From: Actinomycetota bacterium
GTDB taxonomy: Bacteria; Actinomycetota; Coriobacteriia; Anaerosomatales; JAENZW01
Length of the DNA stretch: 64,000 nucleotides
Direction of reading: 5' to 3'
Assembly (NCBI GenBank): GCA_016841065.1
Contig: JAENZW010000001.1
Location: 6,502-70,501, forward strand
Position 1 is the stretch's first letter, and every line of letters begins with the position of its first letter. A program made the position numbers and the translations under genes. The notes below the pieces were generated by a model. That model did not search any database and was not told where the DNA came from. It saw only the letters and a list, made by a program, of their open reading frames with translations. This document shows positions 1 to 10,145 of the stretch, one piece after another.

Positions 1-1505
1 AAGTACACGTCCTTGATCAGCTTGTTCTCCGGATCACCCCACGTGCGGCGAAGCATGCCCGGCCACGGGAACGTGATGCACAGGCGCCCACCGGAACCAA
101 CCGGCGTCTCCGAACCGTCCTCGTTAACGATCTGGGGCTGTACGCCGAAGAACGGCATCGTCGCGGAGCCAGGCTTCATCGGCGTCGCACCCGGAAGGTT
201 GGTGATTAGGTGTCCGCCCGTCTCGGTCTGCCACCAAGTGTCGACGATCGGAATCTCCTCGCGACCGATGTTCTTCCAGTACCACAGCCACGCCTCGGGG
301 TTGATTGGCTCGCCGACCGTGCCCAGAACGCGCAAGCTCGTCAAATCGTACTTGGCCGGCCACTCCTCACCCGACTTCATGAGGGCGCGGATCGCGGTAG
401 GTGCAGTGTAGAACTGGTTCACGCCGTGCTTCTCGACGATCTGCCAGAAGCGACCCGCATCCGGGTACGTCGGCACGCCCTCGAACATGAGCGACGTGGC
501 GCCGTAGGACAGCGGCCCATACACGATGTAGCTGTGCCCGGTAACCCAGCCAATGTCGGCCGTGCACCAGAACACATCCTCATCGTGATAGTCGAACGTG
601 TATTTGAAGGTGAGCGTCGTGAAGAGCAGATAGCCGGCGGTGGTGTGTACAACGCCCTTCGGCTTGCCGGTGGAGCCTGACGTGTAGAGGATGAACAGCG
701 GGTCTTCGGCGTCCATCCATTCGATGTCGCAGTGCTGCGAGATATCCGCGGAGCGAACCTCTTCGTGGTACCAGACGTCCCGGCCAGGTTCCATGTCAAC
801 ACGCGTCTGTGCGCGTGAGACGACAACGACCGTCTCGATCGTCGGGCACTCGAGAAGCGCTTCGTCGGCCATGGCCTTCAGCGGCACAACGCGACCGCCG
901 CGAATGCCCTCGTCCGCTGTGACGAGCATCTTCGCTTCGCAGTCCTGAATGCGATCCCGAAGCGCCTGCGCGGAGAATCCACCGAACACCACTGAGTGAA
1001 TCGCGCCAATGCGCGCGCACGCAAGCATGGCGATGGAGAGCTCGGGAACCATCGGCATGTAGATTGCGACGCGGTCACCCTTCTTGATGCCCCGCTTCTT
1101 CAGCACGTTCGCAAAACGGCACACCTTGTAGTAGAGCGACTGATACGTATACATCTTCGTCCGACCTTCGTCGGACTCCCAGATGATGGCAGCCTTGTTG
1201 CGCCGCCATGTCGTGAGATGACGGTCTACGCAGTTGTAGGCGACGTTCGTCTTGCCACCCTTGAACCACTCGACCTTGGGAGTGTCGAACTCCCATTCCA
1301 GCACCTTGTCCCACTTCTTGTGCCAGTACATGTACTCCTCGGCCATCTCGGCCCAGAAACCCTCGGGGTCCTCGACGGAACGCTTGTACATGGCGTGGTA
1401 CTCGTCCATGGAACCGATGTACGCCCGCTCCTTGACCCACGCGGGCGGCTCGATGACTCTGCCCTCGCTCTGCAAGGACTGGATCGAGGTGGACTCGTCA
1501 GTCAT
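1..1505 (-). CDS. acs: acetyl-CoA synthetase (AMP-forming), 3' end cut by window edge
   Basis: Absent from the ORF track because it runs off the window. My translation from ATG at 1505 reads [51 protein letters not shown]...[22 protein letters not shown]...[10 protein letters not shown] (AMP-binding and Acs signatures). AGGAGG lies 6 nt upstream of the ATG. Confidence 0.93.
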   Translation of the reverse strand, partial: MTDESTSIQSLQSEGRVIEPPAWVKERAYIGSMDEYHAMYKRSVEDPEGFWAEMAEEYMYWHKKWDKVLEWEFDTPKVEWFKGGKTNVAYNCVDRHLTTWRRNKAAIIWESDEGRTKMYTYQSLYYKVCRFANVLKKRGIKKGDRVAIYMPMVPELSIAMLACARIGAIHSVVFGGFSAQALRDRIQDCEAKMLVTADEGIRGGRVVPLKAMADEALLECPTIETVVVVSRAQTRVDMEPGRDVWYHEEVRSADISQHCDIEWMDAEDPLFILYTSGSTGKPKGVVHTTAGYLLFTTLTFKYTFDYHDEDVFWCTADIGWVTGHSYIVYGPLSYGATSLMFEGVPTYPDAGRFWQIVEKHGVNQFYTAPTAIRALMKSGEEWPAKYDLTSLRVLGTVGEPINPEAWLWYWKNIGREEIPIVDTWWQTETGGHLITNLPGATPMKPGSATMPFFGVQPQIVNEDGSETPVGSGGRLCITFPWPGMLRRTWGDPENKLIKDVY

Positions 1506-1952
1506 TGAAGGCCTCCTTCGTCCGCTTGTCGATCATCACTAGATGCAGCAGTTCGGCAGCCGGCACGTCTCCCCTTCGAGAAGAAGCCAGCGTCTTTTCC
1601 ATCGTGCCGAACCACAGCTGAGTGGTTTCATGCTACCTGAAAGACGTGCTCAGCCCATGCCCCACATGAGGTCAGCGGTATCTCTGAATCGGTAGGCGGC
1701 GGCTTCACGACCGCTCTTCATGCACATCTCGGAACCTTAACTACAATTACATGTAACAAATGTTGCAACCCTCGTTGTCCTGCGGTATCGTTGCCACATA
1801 CAGTTTCCCTTCCCTACAAAAATGCCCACCCGGGGAATCCGGAGGGCGACCGCGGGGCATCGGCGACCGGCATCGCGATGTACGTGTGGATCACCAGGCA
1901 GACCACACGCGAACCCGCACTGAGACTCAGGGGTAGCAAGGGAAGGAATAGG

Positions 1953-1980
1953 GAAACCCCGGCCCGAAGGCCGGGGTTTC
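1953..1980 (-). terminator. GC-rich stem-loop downstream of the 2Fe-2S/ASKHA gene
   Basis: gaaaccccggcc-cgaa-ggccggggtttc, a perfect 12-bp stem. On the minus strand it is followed by cctattccttcc, about 33 nt after the stop at 2014. Confidence 0.6.
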
Positions 1981-2013
1981 CGTCATGTCTGGACAAGCGC
2001 GTGACCGTTCGAG

Positions 2014-3600
2014 CTAGAAGCCCTGCTTGAGCGTGTACTCCCTCAGCGCGGTCGCCGCGACGAACGTATCGCGAAACAGGTCGTCCTCCGCAAGTGAGAG
2101 GTGCCTCACCCCCGCGAGCCAACTCATCGCCTCGTCTAGGAGACTCCTGTCGACGGCAATCATGGCCGCGCCGATGAGAGTCGCATCCACAACCTGCTCG
2201 ACGCTATCCCGAGCGTCTGCCGGCAGTATCCCAAGCGACACCAGATCCTCCGGCGACACTGCCGCACCGAATGCGCCGGTCACGACCCATCGCGCAATCG
2301 AACGCGGCTTCACCTTCGCGCTTCTAGCTAGTGCCAACACACCTGCAGATACCGCCGCCTTCGCAGTCTGGAGAGCACGAATGTCCGTCTGTGTGATCAG
2401 GAGCGAGTAGGAGTCCGAGTCGCCCAGACGCACGGCACGCACACCGTCCACCGTTGTGAATCGATCAGCAAGTGGGCCGTCAGACGATAGCGCTCCGTCG
2501 TCGGCAAGGTGCCCGACCGAGCGCAGCATCTGAAGTGCCGATAGGAGTCCCGAACCCGCAAACCACTGCGCATCGCCCCCACCCTGGACATCGAGATGAA
2601 TGTCCGCCCCCTCATGCGCCACCTTGAGCACGGCGCCGTTCGAGGCCGTTCCCCCGCTTCTGACCCCGGAGCCTTCGAAGGCAGGACCAGCGGCGGCCGA
2701 TGCGACCGTCACGCCGAGCGATGTCGCCAGAGCGAGTTCGGCGTTCGTGCCGGCGTCGATGAAGAATACCGGACCGCGCTCCTCGACCAGACCTGCTGCT
2801 ACGAGTCCCGCGACCACATCTCCGCCCACGAAGGCGCCGAGTGGCGGCAGTACGACGGTCTCCGTTTCGGCTGACAGGGACTTGAGAAGCCCCGACGACG
2901 ACGGGAGCGCCGTCGCATCATGGTAGGGCATATGGAACGGGCGCTCCACGAGCGCCGAAACGTCCGCTCCAATGAGCAGCGACGACATCGCGGTATTGCC
3001 AGCCACAACAAGCCGCTTGACGGCCGGAAGACACGTGCCAGCATGCCCGCATGCAGCAGACAGAGCCTCATGGATGGAGTCCTCAGCGGCTGCCTTGAGC
3101 AAGTCCCCATCCCCGGCCATCGCTGCACTCAACCGGGTGACGACGTCGGCACCCCAGGACGCCTGACCGTTCGGGACAAGTGCTCGGCCGAGTTCACGGC
3201 CGGAGCCTGCGTCCAGCACCAGAGCCGCGACGGTCGTGGTCCCGAGATCGATGGCCGCGAAGAGCCCATCCTCGGCGACGACATCGGACTCAGAGACCAA
3301 ACTGGATACCGTCTGCGAGATCATCGGTCGCACGGTCAGGGGTCCAGAGACCCGCATCAAGCATGCGAGACGCATCCCGGGTGGTGCCAGCTTGAGACCG
3401 CGGCGCTCGAGGTCCTCTGGTGGAGAATCCACACCGTCGAGCACCCGGACCGCACACTTGCCGCACACTCCGCGCCCGCCGCACGGCGAGGGAATCACTA
3501 TGCCCGCACTGCGCGCTGCGGCAAGAACCGTTGAGCCTTCTTCGGCCCAAACAGTGACGCCGCTCGGCGCGAATGTCACAGGGAATCGGCGTTCGGGCAC
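2014..3600 (-). CDS. 2Fe-2S ferredoxin domain fused to ASKHA (DUF4445, RACo-like corrinoid-activase family) protein
   Basis: 528-aa ORF. N-terminal plant-type ferredoxin Cys pattern (PCGGRGVCGKCAV...RLACL), then an ASKHA phosphate-1 motif (AIDLGTTTVAALV). GTG start lies 3 nt after the DegV stop. Confidence 0.8.
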   Translation of the reverse strand: MPERRFPVTFAPSGVTVWAEEGSTVLAAARSAGIVIPSPCGGRGVCGKCAVRVLDGVDSPPEDLERRGLKLAPPGMRLACLMRVSGPLTVRPMISQTVSSLVSESDVVAEDGLFAAIDLGTTTVAALVLDAGSGRELGRALVPNGQASWGADVVTRLSAAMAGDGDLLKAAAEDSIHEALSAACGHAGTCLPAVKRLVVAGNTAMSSLLIGADVSALVERPFHMPYHDATALPSSSGLLKSLSAETETVVLPPLGAFVGGDVVAGLVAAGLVEERGPVFFIDAGTNAELALATSLGVTVASAAAGPAFEGSGVRSGGTASNGAVLKVAHEGADIHLDVQGGGDAQWFAGSGLLSALQMLRSVGHLADDGALSSDGPLADRFTTVDGVRAVRLGDSDSYSLLITQTDIRALQTAKAAVSAGVLALARSAKVKPRSIARWVVTGAFGAAVSPEDLVSLGILPADARDSVEQVVDATLIGAAMIAVDRSLLDEAMSWLAGVRHLSLAEDDLFRDTFVAATALREYTLKQGF

Positions 3601-3603
3601 GTT

Positions 3604-4479
3604 CTATTCCTCGGGTAGGACGGCTACTCCCCACCCGGTCCCTGTGTGGGTGGCGATCGCTGTCCCCGTCTCCACACAGTAGAGTTCGGTGGGCTCGAAC
3701 CGTTCGAGAATCGCCTGCTTGAGCCAGTCGGCCCTGTCTTCGGCCATGGCGTGCATGACACAGAACGCGCCCCTGGTTGACCCTTGCATGCGGTCCTCGA
3801 GCCAGCGAATGGTGTAGTCGAGAGCCTTCTTGGCGCCGCGCACCGGCTTGACAACCGTGAGCAGCCCGTTCTTTGGCGTGATTGTGATGCGGACGTTCAG
3901 CGCTCCACCGACAGCTCCCGCCACCCTGCTGATTCGACCCCCTTTGACCATGTTGTCGAGCGAATCGAGACCGACCAGCATGTGAACCCGATCGCGCGCG
4001 CGCTCGACGCGTCGAACCACGGCGTTCGCGTCGAGACCCTCGGTTGCGGCCTTCGCGGCTTCGACCACCTGAAGACCCAGTCCCCACGACAGGTTCAGCG
4101 AATCGACAACATGTACCTTGTCGACGAACTCCTCGGCAGCCCGCAAAGCTGACGAGAACGTCCCGGATAGCTTCGAGGATATGTTCACGCAGACCACGTG
4201 AGTTGCCGTCTGCAAAGCGCTCTCGTAGGCCTCAACGAACGCACCGACGGCCGGCTGCGACGTCGTCGGCAGCGCGGAAGCTGCGTTCATGCGAGCGAAG
4301 AACTCCGGCTGAGACAACGTACCATCCGGCATCGACTCTCCGTCGATCGTGAGAGTCAAGGGCACGACCGTGATTCCGAAACGCTCGCACACGTCCGGTG
4401 TCAGATCCGCGGTGCTGTCCGTGACGATCGCCACGGTCTTGTCGGCGCCGTGCAGAATGCTCTGGCTCGGTTCCCCCAT
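3604..4479 (-). CDS. DegV family fatty-acid-binding protein
   Basis: 291-aa ORF. VAIVTDSTADLTPD...ITVVPLTL N-terminus and overall length are typical of DegV. Confidence 0.85.
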   Translation of the reverse strand: MGEPSQSILHGADKTVAIVTDSTADLTPDVCERFGITVVPLTLTIDGESMPDGTLSQPEFFARMNAASALPTTSQPAVGAFVEAYESALQTATHVVCVNISSKLSGTFSSALRAAEEFVDKVHVVDSLNLSWGLGLQVVEAAKAATEGLDANAVVRRVERARDRVHMLVGLDSLDNMVKGGRISRVAGAVGGALNVRITITPKNGLLTVVKPVRGAKKALDYTIRWLEDRMQGSTRGAFCVMHAMAEDRADWLKQAILERFEPTELYCVETGTAIATHTGTGWGVAVLPEE

Positions 4480-4481
4480 GC

Positions 4482-4832
4482 CTACTCCTCGAAGTTGACC
4501 ATGCCGTGGGACATGCGCTTGCCGCCCAAGACGTGCACGTGAAGGTGCTGCACCGTCTGGTTCGCGTCCATTCCGTTGTTCACGATCACCCGGTATCCGG
4601 ACTTCTCCAAACCCTTGATCTTGGCGACGTGCGGCACGGCCTCGAAGAGCGCCGCCATCGTAGTCAACGGCAGGTCCGAACTCATACTGTCGTAGTGAGT
4701 CTTGGGAACGATCAGCGTATGAACGGGCGCCTGTGGCGCGATGTCGTCGAACGCCACAACGTCGTCGTTCTCGTAGACCTTGGTCGCCTCAAGATCGCCG
4801 CGGGCCACCATGCAGAATATGCACCGTTCCAC
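4482..4832 (-). CDS. HIT (histidine triad) family protein
   Basis: HLHVHVLGG histidine triad and CIFC N-terminal motif. Start trimmed from 4883 to GTG 4832, which has AGGAGG 5 nt upstream. Confidence 0.85.
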   Translation of the reverse strand: MERCIFCMVARGDLEATKVYENDDVVAFDDIAPQAPVHTLIVPKTHYDSMSSDLPLTTMAALFEAVPHVAKIKGLEKSGYRVIVNNGMDANQTVQHLHVHVLGGKRMSHGMVNFEE

Positions 4833-4892
4833 GTATGCCTCCTTGGATTTCGTGCCGTTTCTCGCCTCTCGCAGGCGGGTCACGACGTGTCC

Positions 4893-5141
4893 CTAGTCCC
4901 CGTCTGCCGCCACCGGGACATCCTCAGCTTCGAGTTCACCCAGGAGCGTCGTCACCTTCTGTTCCGCGTCGGAGAGTTTGGCCTGTAACGCTCGCAGGAG
5001 CGCCACGCCTCTCTCATACCGTGCGAGACTGTCTTCCAGTTCCAGCTGACCGCTTTCGAGGCCGGCAACGATGGTCTCGAGTTCCTTGAGGGCATCGCCG
5101 AAAGAGAGCTCTTCAGCCGGCACGCCGCCTTCGTCCTGCAT
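4893..5141 (-). CDS. xseB: exodeoxyribonuclease VII small subunit
   Basis: 82-aa helical protein (FGDALKELETIVAGLESGQLELEDSLARYERGVALLR) immediately downstream of xseA. Confidence 0.88.
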   Translation of the reverse strand: MQDEGGVPAEELSFGDALKELETIVAGLESGQLELEDSLARYERGVALLRALQAKLSDAEQKVTTLLGELEAEDVPVAADGD

Positions 5142-6464
5142 CTAGATCTCCCTTTCCGCCGTCTCAACGACACACCCGAGCCGCCCGTCGGCTACGCGAA
5201 CGTTCACCTTCTCGCCCGTCGCAATCGAATCGACCGACTTGACGACAGTCCTTCCATCGGGACCGTAGCACACCGCATAACCCCTGCCGAGAATCCCGAG
5301 CGGAGACAGATCACCGAGGCGTGCCGACGCGACCGCCATCAAGTCGCGGGGGTGGCTCACGAGTCGCGGTCCCACTCCAGCCAGAGACTTTCTCACATAC
5401 GTCAGACGTTCGCGATCGCGCCTCAAGCGTTCAGGAATCGCCCGTCGCAGCTCGCCCCCGAGCGTGTCCACCGTCTGTGCCGCCGGTCCGAGCACAACAC
5501 GCGAGTCCGCGAATACCGGCCTTTCGAGCAGTCGTCTCAGTCCGTGTCGGGCAACCTGTACGCGATGAGCGAGGGCGCCACCGAGGAGACGAGACAGCTT
5601 CTCGAGACGACCTGCCACGTCGTCAACAGACGGGGCGCATGCCTCCGCAGCCGCGGTGGGAGTCGACACGCTCAAATCGGACACCATGTCGGAAATGGAA
5701 GTGTCGGGCTCGTGCCCGATGCCGGTCACCACGGGCGCCCGCGACGCAGCGACCGCCCGCGCAACCTCTTCGGCGTTGAAGGGCATCAGGTCCTCGTACG
5801 ACCCGCCGCCGCGAACAAGAAGGATCACGTCGGGGGACGCAGCGTCCGCCACTCGCATGCCCTCGACGATGGCGGCCGGGGCATCGGTCCCTTCGACCTG
5901 CACGCCCGCCACCATGAGTTCGGCCAACGGATAGCGACGCCTCAAGGTGCGGATCACGTCGTGAACCGCCTTGCCGCGGGGCGAAGTCACCACGGCGATG
6001 CGTCCCGGGAACGTCGGCAGCGCTCTCTTCCGGTCGGGACTCATCAGACCCTCGGACTCAAGCTTCCTCGCGAGCGCAGCCACCTGCATTCTGAGGAAGC
6101 CCTCGCCCGCGAGAGCGAGAGATCTCACGACGAACTGCATGCGGCCTTTCGGCACGTATGCCGAAAACGCCCCCGTCAGCTCCACCAGCGCTCCGCAGCG
6201 CAGCTCGATGCCAGACGCCACGTACACGTCCCTCCACATGAGGCACGGCATCGACGCCGCTCCGTCGCACACCGTGAAATAGGCAGCTTTGTAGCCCGGC
6301 TTGTCGTTGAACTCCGAGACCTCGCCGATGACCCGCAGAGACACGGATTCGAGCGCCCGTTTGGCCGCATTCATGGCCTCTGTGACAGTGAGCGCTCTCT
6401 CTTCGGACACCGTGCCCTGCCTCCCCTCTTCGGCTTGTGCGATTCTAGCAGTCCCCACCGACAC
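5142..6464 (-). CDS. xseA: exodeoxyribonuclease VII large subunit
   Basis: 440-aa ORF with an N-terminal OB-fold region (VIGEVSEFNDKPGYKAAYFTVCD) and a catalytic core (VTSPRGKAVHDV...LVRGGGSYEDL). Adjacent to xseB. Confidence 0.9.
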   Translation of the reverse strand: MSVGTARIAQAEEGRQGTVSEERALTVTEAMNAAKRALESVSLRVIGEVSEFNDKPGYKAAYFTVCDGAASMPCLMWRDVYVASGIELRCGALVELTGAFSAYVPKGRMQFVVRSLALAGEGFLRMQVAALARKLESEGLMSPDRKRALPTFPGRIAVVTSPRGKAVHDVIRTLRRRYPLAELMVAGVQVEGTDAPAAIVEGMRVADAASPDVILLVRGGGSYEDLMPFNAEEVARAVAASRAPVVTGIGHEPDTSISDMVSDLSVSTPTAAAEACAPSVDDVAGRLEKLSRLLGGALAHRVQVARHGLRRLLERPVFADSRVVLGPAAQTVDTLGGELRRAIPERLRRDRERLTYVRKSLAGVGPRLVSHPRDLMAVASARLGDLSPLGILGRGYAVCYGPDGRTVVKSVDSIATGEKVNVRVADGRLGCVVETAEREI

Positions 6465-6483
6465 GAAGCGGTCCTCGGCGCAC

Positions 6484-7152
6484 CTACCTGCGTGACAAGC
6501 CGACGAAGTACAACAGCTGCATCACTGCGACGAGCGTGGCCGCAAGATACGTCATTGCAGCGGCCGTCAGGACCTTGCGAGCGCCCGCCACCTGATCGGG
6601 CGGTAGCGACCAGCTCCCGAGAGTCGCGACGGCACGACGAGACGCGTCGAACTCGACCGGGAGGGTGACGACCTGGAATAGGACGGCCGCAGCGAAAGCC
6701 GCGATGCCGATCGTGATGAGACCACTCGCACGCATGAACACGCCGAGGAATATCAGCGGAAAGGCCATCGATGAGCCGATGCTGGCGGCCGGCACAAGCG
6801 CCTGCCGGAGCTGGGCTGCAGCGAACGCCCGCGCATGCTGCACTGCGTGACCTGCCTCGTGAGCGGCCACCCCGGCCGAGGCGACGCTTCGGCCATCGTG
6901 AACGTCGGCAGAAAGCCTGAGCACACGCTTGCGGGGATCGTAGTGATCGGAGAGCTGACCACCGATGCGTTCGATCTCGACACTCTGCAGCCCGTTCGAG
7001 TCAAGCATCGCTCTCGCTACCTCGGCTCCGCTCTGACCGGTTGCCAGGGGCACCTTGCTGTACTGGCGAAACGCGCCGTTCACCCACGCCTGGGTGGCCA
7101 AACCCAGGACGACCGCCACAAGCATGATGCCCCAGTAGGATTGAAGGAACAT
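6484..7152 (-). CDS. zinc metallopeptidase, YugP-like membrane protein
   Basis: 222-aa ORF with HEAGHAVQH (HExxH) and flanking TM segments. Confidence 0.75.
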   Translation of the reverse strand: MFLQSYWGIMLVAVVLGLATQAWVNGAFRQYSKVPLATGQSGAEVARAMLDSNGLQSVEIERIGGQLSDHYDPRKRVLRLSADVHDGRSVASAGVAAHEAGHAVQHARAFAAAQLRQALVPAASIGSSMAFPLIFLGVFMRASGLITIGIAAFAAAVLFQVVTLPVEFDASRRAVATLGSWSLPPDQVAGARKVLTAAAMTYLAATLVAVMQLLYFVGLSRR

Positions 7153-7158
7153 CGGTAT

Positions 7159-8313
7159 CTACTCCTTGTCCGTGTCGACTGGAACGAGTTCGAGCCCGTT
7201 CTCGCCGACCCTGAGTGCGAGTCTTCCCTCAAGAACGTCGATCAGTTCGCTACCGACGATCTCGCTCCGCCAGCCAACGAGCAGCGGGCTGTCGTCCCGC
7301 TCGCCTGATGCGAGTCTCTCAAGGTCGTCCCTTGATGCGAGCAAAGGCACTGCCACCTTGTGTTGCTTCGCGCGGTGTCTGACTAGGGCAGCCATGAGAT
7401 CGACCGCGCCCTCGGCCATGTCGCGCCGTGGACGCCGCTCCAGAAACGGGAGATCCGCGTCATCTGCTTCTTTCCCCTTGCGAACGGCATCGAGTAGACC
7501 CCCGTAGGTCTTGCCGGGAAGCTTGTCCGCGACTCCACGCACTGCCGCCAGTTCTTCGCGGGTACGCGGGGCGCGGCGTGCCACCTCGATCAACGACTCG
7601 TCCCCGATGACCCACTTGCGGGGAGCGTCGCGACGCTGCGCCTCCCGCTCGCGCCACGCGACGACTTCACGTAGAACCCCAAGCTGACGCCGGTTGAGAG
7701 AAGACACACGCTTGAGCCGACGCCACATCTCTTCGGGCACGATCTCGTACGTAGCGGGATTGACTAGCCGCTCGAAGTCCCTTTCCAGCCAGGCGATTCG
7801 CCCGGTTGATTCAAGAGCCTGCCGAAGATGATCGTATACCGCGGGCAGGTAGCGCACATCGTTCAACGCGTACTCGATCTGAGTTCCCGATAGCGGACGT
7901 TTCGCCCAGTCTGTGAACGTGTCCGACTTGTCGATCGTCTCACCTATCACGTCCTTCACCAGGGCGCCATAGCCGATCTGCTGTGGGTACCCGGCGAGCG
8001 TGGCTGCCACCTGCGTGTCGAAGACTGGCGTCGGCACACGTCCCATGCGCAGGTAGAAGATCTCCATGTCCTGCGAGCCAGCGTGTAGAACCTTGACTAT
8101 GCTTTCGTCTCCCAGTAGATCCCACAACGGCTCCAGGTCGTCGAAGGCCAGCGGATCGATGATTGCGGCCACGTCCTCGGTCGCGATCTGTATCAGACAC
8201 AGCTTGGGGTAGTACGTCCGCTCCCGCATGAACTCGGTGTCAATTGCAATGAAGGCGCTTCCTCGAACCTGGGCGACTAGCACCTCAAGCGCTGTCCTAT
8301 CGGCTACATACAC
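7159..8313 (-). CDS. rnd: ribonuclease D
   Basis: 384-aa ORF. DEDDy 3'-5' exonuclease motifs (IAIDTEF..., HAGSQDMEI, YALNDVRYL) plus a C-terminal HRDC-like region. GTG start with GGAGG 7 nt upstream. Confidence 0.88.
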   Translation of the reverse strand: MYVADRTALEVLVAQVRGSAFIAIDTEFMRERTYYPKLCLIQIATEDVAAIIDPLAFDDLEPLWDLLGDESIVKVLHAGSQDMEIFYLRMGRVPTPVFDTQVAATLAGYPQQIGYGALVKDVIGETIDKSDTFTDWAKRPLSGTQIEYALNDVRYLPAVYDHLRQALESTGRIAWLERDFERLVNPATYEIVPEEMWRRLKRVSSLNRRQLGVLREVVAWREREAQRRDAPRKWVIGDESLIEVARRAPRTREELAAVRGVADKLPGKTYGGLLDAVRKGKEADDADLPFLERRPRRDMAEGAVDLMAALVRHRAKQHKVAVPLLASRDDLERLASGERDDSPLLVGWRSEIVGSELIDVLEGRLALRVGENGLELVPVDTDKE

Positions 8314-8409
8314 GTGATGAACCTCCTTTCCCTCATCCTAACCTCCGCAGAGACGTTTCAGTAGCGGTATGCTGGGTCGCAACTGTCGGAGCGGAAGGCT
8401 GGGGGTCGC

Positions 8410-9342
8410 GTGCGCATCCTGTGCGTGGTAAATCCTCGGTCGGGTCAGGACGAAGGCAAGTTCTACGACTTCGTTCGCATCCTAGGCCGAAACGAATCCG
8501 AGATCGTCTTGCGCTTCATGGGCGAGAAGCACTCGCACGTGTCACTCCTGCACGACGCGAAGGAGTTCGATCGAGTCGTGGCCGCCGGAGGTGACGGAAC
8601 GGTCTCCGGCGTGTGCTACGCGCTCCGAGATTCCGGTGTCCCCGTCCTTCCATACCCGGCGGGAACCGCCAACCTTCTCGCCCTGAACCTGCGAATGCCC
8701 GCGAATCCGATGCAGCTCGCCGACACCGTGCTCCATGGCGCGGTTCGATCCTTCGACATGGGCGAGCTCACATGCACGGCACGTGACTGCGGACCGAGCG
8801 GCACGCGCCCCGGAGAACCGACGCGCACCCGCGGCTTCATGGTCGCTGCGGGCGCAGGATTCGATGCCAAGATCATGGAGGCCGCCGACGAGCTGAAATC
8901 GACCATCGGAGCGGCGGCCTACCTGCTCGGGGCGCTACAGAACCTGACGCCCACGGTTTCGCGTTTCGATCTGAAGATCGACGGACGAGAACTGCAGACC
9001 GAAGGCATTGCGGTGCTCGTCGTCAACTTCGCCCGACTTCAGTTCGACATACCCATCACTCACGGTAGCGATCCCGCAGACGGGAAACTCGAGGTAGTGA
9101 TATTGCGCACGCGCAACGCAGTCGAACTACTCCCGGCTGTATGGGGCGCGATTCTCGATCGCACTGTGGGATCCCACCCCGATCGCTCTCCGGGCCTCGA
9201 AATCCACGAAGCGCGCGAAGTCGAGGTTTCGGCGGACCCCGTACTCTCCCTCCAGCACGACGGGGAAGTGCTCACGGCGCTCACTCCATTCAGCGCGCGA
9301 GTGCTGCCGGGAGCCGCCACGCTCGTTGTCCCGGAGCCCTAG
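8410..9342 (+). CDS. diacylglycerol/lipid kinase family protein (YegS/BmrU-like)
   Basis: 310-aa ORF with NPRSG N-terminus and the GGDGT motif (VVAAGGDGTVSGV). Confidence 0.82.
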   Translation: MRILCVVNPRSGQDEGKFYDFVRILGRNESEIVLRFMGEKHSHVSLLHDAKEFDRVVAAGGDGTVSGVCYALRDSGVPVLPYPAGTANLLALNLRMPANPMQLADTVLHGAVRSFDMGELTCTARDCGPSGTRPGEPTRTRGFMVAAGAGFDAKIMEAADELKSTIGAAAYLLGALQNLTPTVSRFDLKIDGRELQTEGIAVLVVNFARLQFDIPITHGSDPADGKLEVVILRTRNAVELLPAVWGAILDRTVGSHPDRSPGLEIHEAREVEVSADPVLSLQHDGEVLTALTPFSARVLPGAATLVVPEP

Positions 9343-9377
9343 CCGCTGACATCGCTTCTGATCCGTCGGTACCCGGA

Positions 9378-10145
9378 CTACCCTTCCGACTCAGCAGCCG
9401 TCGTACGTCGCGCCCGCTTGTTCGCGAGGTTCTTCTCGTAGCGCATCTGCACCAGCTCGACCAGCAGCGAGAATGCCATCGCGAAGTAGACGTACCCCTT
9501 CGGCACTGCCACGTGCAGTGCTTCCACGGTCAGCAGGACGCCGATCATGAGCAGGAACGCGAGCGCCAGGATCTTGATACTCGGATGCGCTTCGACGAAG
9601 TTGCTCACGGGATCCGCGAACACAATCATCACGATCATCGCGAGGACGATTGCGACGACCATGAGCACGATCTCGTCGACCATGCCGACAGCGGTGATAA
9701 CCGAGTCAAGGGAGAAGATCATGTCCATCACGGCGATGTTCGCGATGACGGCCCCAAACGACGCGGTCGTCTGGCGGAGATGGACCTCTTCGTCTTTGAG
9801 CTCCGTCTTGTGGTAGATCTCCGTCGTGGACTTCCAGATCAGGAACAGCCCGCCGCCGAGGAGAATCAGCGACTGACCCGTGATCTCGACTTCGCGACCG
9901 AAGAAGGCGAAATGCGCCAGCGGTCTCGTGAGTCCCAGAATCCATGAAAGCGTGAACAGCAGGAGAATCCTCGTCCCCAGCGCGACCAGCAATCCGATCT
10001 TCCTCGCGGATGGCTGCTTCTCTACTGGTAGGCGTCCTGTGACGATTGCAATGAACACGAGGTTGTCGATGCCGAGCACGATCTCGAGGGCGGAAAGCGT
10101 TGCGATTGCGATCCAAGATTCTGGTTGAGCGAACAACTCCAACAC
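9378..10145 (-). CDS. TerC family integral membrane protein (putative Mn2+/metal exporter family)
   Basis: ORF track 9378..10241. Multi-TM protein with TerC-type motifs (EIVLGIDNLVFIAIV, SLDSVITAVGM). Start trimmed to GTG 10145 (GGGAG 6 nt upstream). The longer form would translate the intergenic leader. Confidence 0.8.
   Translation of the reverse strand: MLELFAQPESWIAIATLSALEIVLGIDNLVFIAIVTGRLPVEKQPSARKIGLLVALGTRILLLFTLSWILGLTRPLAHFAFFGREVEITGQSLILLGGGLFLIWKSTTEIYHKTELKDEEVHLRQTTASFGAVIANIAVMDMIFSLDSVITAVGMVDEIVLMVVAIVLAMIVMIVFADPVSNFVEAHPSIKILALAFLLMIGVLLTVEALHVAVPKGYVYFAMAFSLLVELVQMRYEKNLANKRARRTTAAESEG

Noticed and set aside
1763-1791. Plus-strand TTGCAA-N17-TATCGT as promoter of a plus-strand sRNA ending at the 1953..1980 hairpin.
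   Set aside because: This is possible but unsupported. The hairpin's pyrimidine/U-rich tail is on the minus-strand side, so the hairpin is more economically the terminator of the ASKHA gene. Strand cannot be decided without expression data.
1781-1796. TGGCAAcgataCCGCA upstream of acs as a sigma-54 promoter.
   Set aside because: Not fully rejected but not called as a feature. The spacing is right, but -12 is CCGCA rather than TTGCA, -24 has A for C, it is about 275 nt from the acs start, and GG-N10-GC arises easily by chance in GC-rich DNA.
5352-6668. 438-aa plus-strand ORF antisense to xseA. Similar long antisense or off-frame ORFs occur at 996..1508, 3290..4087, 9706..10413, 12637..13575, 15220..16404, 17538..18566, 25033..25812, 26416..27483, 27013..27756, 36494..37756, 45330..46739, 47351..48328, 58080..59150, 61222..62202 and 62121..63113.
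   Set aside because: They are Arg/Pro/Ala/Gly/Ser-rich low-complexity translations with no recognisable motifs, and each fully overlaps a gene with clear family signatures on the other strand or frame. This is typical of shadow ORFs in high-GC DNA.
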